Positions 31,099 through 33,421 of a stretch of DNA of 33,421 bases are shown here, piece after piece. The stretch's first letter is position 1. The number at the start of each line of letters is the position of its first letter. The position numbers and the translations under genes were made by a program. The notes under the pieces are model-generated. The model had not been told where the DNA came from, did not search any database, and saw only the letters and a program-made list of their open reading frames with translations. Origin of the DNA: Craspedostauros australis (taxonomy: Eukaryota); the NCBI GenBank assembly GCA_030167865.1, contig JALAGF010000595.1, positions 1 through 33,421 of the forward strand, given 5' to 3'.

Positions 31099-33421
31099 AT
31101 GCGCAATGCCAGGGGCATCCGTTCACCTCCGACCTCCCTTGATTTTGCCCCTCCTGTTGCCACAGTGACACCCACCTCCTCCATCATCCTCCACAAAGGA
31201 TCTCATCTCTGCAAAAAGACTCCCAGCCCATTCTTTCAGCAAAGACTGTTTACTGTGTGGCTCATTGGACCAACCACAACCAGCTTCACTCTATTGTTGT
31301 GCATCATAGCCTGCCAAAAAGAGCAACCCACCAGCATTTCCAACCATGACAAGCTCGAAGCCTCTGCCAATTGATGGGCACCAGCAATCACTGGCAACAA
31401 CACCTCAAAGGCCTGGGAATGAGGATGAAGCAAACAGCCCCCAGTTCGCCACTGCCATTCTGCCAGCTCTGATCAAGACCGCCCCCCACAACAGAGAATG
31501 CACAGTGGTGCTGCTGTCAATGGTGGTTCACCAATGAACCATCACATCATTGACTATCTTCGCAGCTACCAATTTGGTGGCTCCTCGATCCACAGATGTC
31601 ATGCCTGGAGCATCCTCCACATGAACCAAAACGCCACACTCAATTATAACAGCACCAAGTCAGAGGGTCCAGTGGCAAACTATCTGTGTGCTTGCCAATT
31701 GCATACTCCAAACTTCAACCAGCCTCACCCTCCCAACCAAATGGGCTATGCTGATATCTTGATCCCAAGTACATTGCTGGAGTCTTCCTTGAATGTTTTT
31801 GTCCACCACAATCGACTCCAGCCTCTCTCCAACGACATGCATTGTGCTGTCCGTTTCCCAGAGACCATGCCCATCGCCCACCACATGGCACTTCATGGCG
31901 ATAAAAGTGCCAATGATCTGCCAGGCGATGACACCAGCACCAGCAACGATGATAGATCCAATCCTGCTTTCGAACTACCCAATGACAGTGGCAGTGAGAT
32001 AGAATCAATCAACAATTCTAGTGTGCCCGTTGCAGCCACTCCATCCACTCCTACAACCAGTGATGTTCTCATGGAGATGTACTGCGTCATGAAGAGAGAT
32101 CCATCCAAACTTCGCAACTTTCCGCCACATGGTTGGCATCACATCCCAGACAAAACTCAACCTCGTGCCTGGAGAACCTACCATGGCATTCAAATGGATG
32201 CTCATGACTTTGTATCGAAGACTCTGGTCTCGCATCAAGTTGCTCCTGTCGACTTCAGGGATGCTTTTGACTGTTACCAAGAGGCACTGCCCATATATCC
32301 TGTCCAGACGGCCAAGAATTGTGCTTCCCAATGCTTCAACGCAAGATATCAAACCTCTCAATGCTCCAAGTATGTGTTGGAAGCAGCCAAGTCTGTCAAG
32401 GAGAGAAATACATTCCTGAAAGCCTGCAGTCACACAATTTCACCACCCATCCCCCACAACCATCATGCACAACAGTGGGACACAACAGATCATACTCATC
32501 GCAAACTGAAGAAGATCAATGCTGTTCTTGCTGCTGGAAAGGATTTCCCCACAAGGAAGAACAGCTTCCAGATTGCTTCAGCAAAGCTGGACAATGTCGT
32601 TCAGTTCATCACCCACAACACTCACTTCAAGCCTGGGTTGTGCTGGTCCATCAAGCTCCGGGGAAAGGACTTCCCCAATCTTCCTGTGTTCGGGCTGGGT
32701 GCTTGGAGCATCCACGAATTCTTCCAGGAGTACCAAAAGTCCACCATTGATGGTGTTGGGAGGCCAACCTTCTACAAATTGGTCAAATCGCTCACCCAGA
32801 AAAGCCAATGTCATGCTGGCCTCTTGCCCTACTATGTGGACTTTTACAGCCCATCGGAGATATTCAAAGACATACTCCATCGACTCAGCAGCATCCCAAC
32901 GCCCAGCAAGCTGAATCCAGACAACGTTCCGGTGGCTGCCAAGGTGAATCCTGATGAGGTTCCAAAGCCTCCACCCCCACCGCCAATATTGCTGTCTCCT
33001 GTGACTTGCAATGAAGTGCTCAAGCAATGGCACACAATCTCAGTGTTTGTGCAGTGGGAGTATGGTTTCTTGCATATGCAGAAGATGTGCTCTGAAGACA
33101 CATTCCACTGCACTTCATTTGCTCTTGAGAAAGATAAGTGTTCCACTTGGGAGGGATCTTGTGATAAATGTGGAAATACCATGGCATTCCTTCCTTGCAT
33201 TGTGAAGCCTAGCATCTTTGCCATCCTGAACAAAATGAAGGGCACAGCATACGAACAAGAACTAGCAACCATGGTGAACGCCATGGACGAATTGCAACTT
33301 TACTTGCAGTCATTCATGGCTCACAAGATCTGGGCCGAGGTGCAATTCATCAAGCTTCGCGAGATCAGAGAGAGTCTGAAGCTGGAGGAAGGCAAGGTCC
33401 TTTGCATCGTTGACTTCAAAC
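31099..33421 (+). mobile_element. Large DDD-type (Sola-like, probably Sola3) transposase, partly decayed, truncated by the window end
   Basis: Frame +1 is open from 31423 to the end (first ATG 31498), with two TGA stops just upstream (31372, 31420). Contains KLDNVVQFIT..IKL.G..FPN, RPTFYKLVKSL...GL..Y, HC..FAL, CDKC, FMAHKI...Q and VLCIVDFK, the order of motifs I recall preceding the first catalytic Asp of Sola3 transposases. Family name from recall only. Confidence 0.55.

Overview
Eukaryotic nuclear DNA, most likely from a diatom (inferred from GT-AG introns, CoDi-like Copia gag motifs, signal-peptide SET proteins and a tandem HA-domain protein). A ~22 kb island of intact genes (5.1-27.4 kb) lies between two nests of decayed transposons. 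Left nest: two related LTRs in opposite orientation (1-790, 1577-2308) around a Copia RT fragment, then a decayed PIF/Harbinger element (transposase plus convergent Myb/SANT-like ORF). Gene island: a head-to-head pair of ancient paralogous membrane/coiled-coil/EF-hand genes, two tandem signal-peptide SET-domain genes, a 4-exon ABCC/MRP transporter, a SulP/SLC26 transporter, a CANT1-type apyrase, an HA-domain protein and tRNA-Asp(GUC). Right nest: a third LTR of the same family 130 bp upstream of the tRNA, a decayed Copia gag, and a >640-codon Sola-like transposase frame that runs off the window and is missing from the ORF track. Leads: the divergent EF-hand paralog pair, the secretory SET pair, an over-represented non-coding TACGAGTA/TACTCGTA motif, Tyr-to-Cys/His (TpA-to-TpG/CpA) decay in the transposons, LTRs without target-site duplications, and a tRNA-proximal LTR. 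Everything was read by eye; no searches were run.
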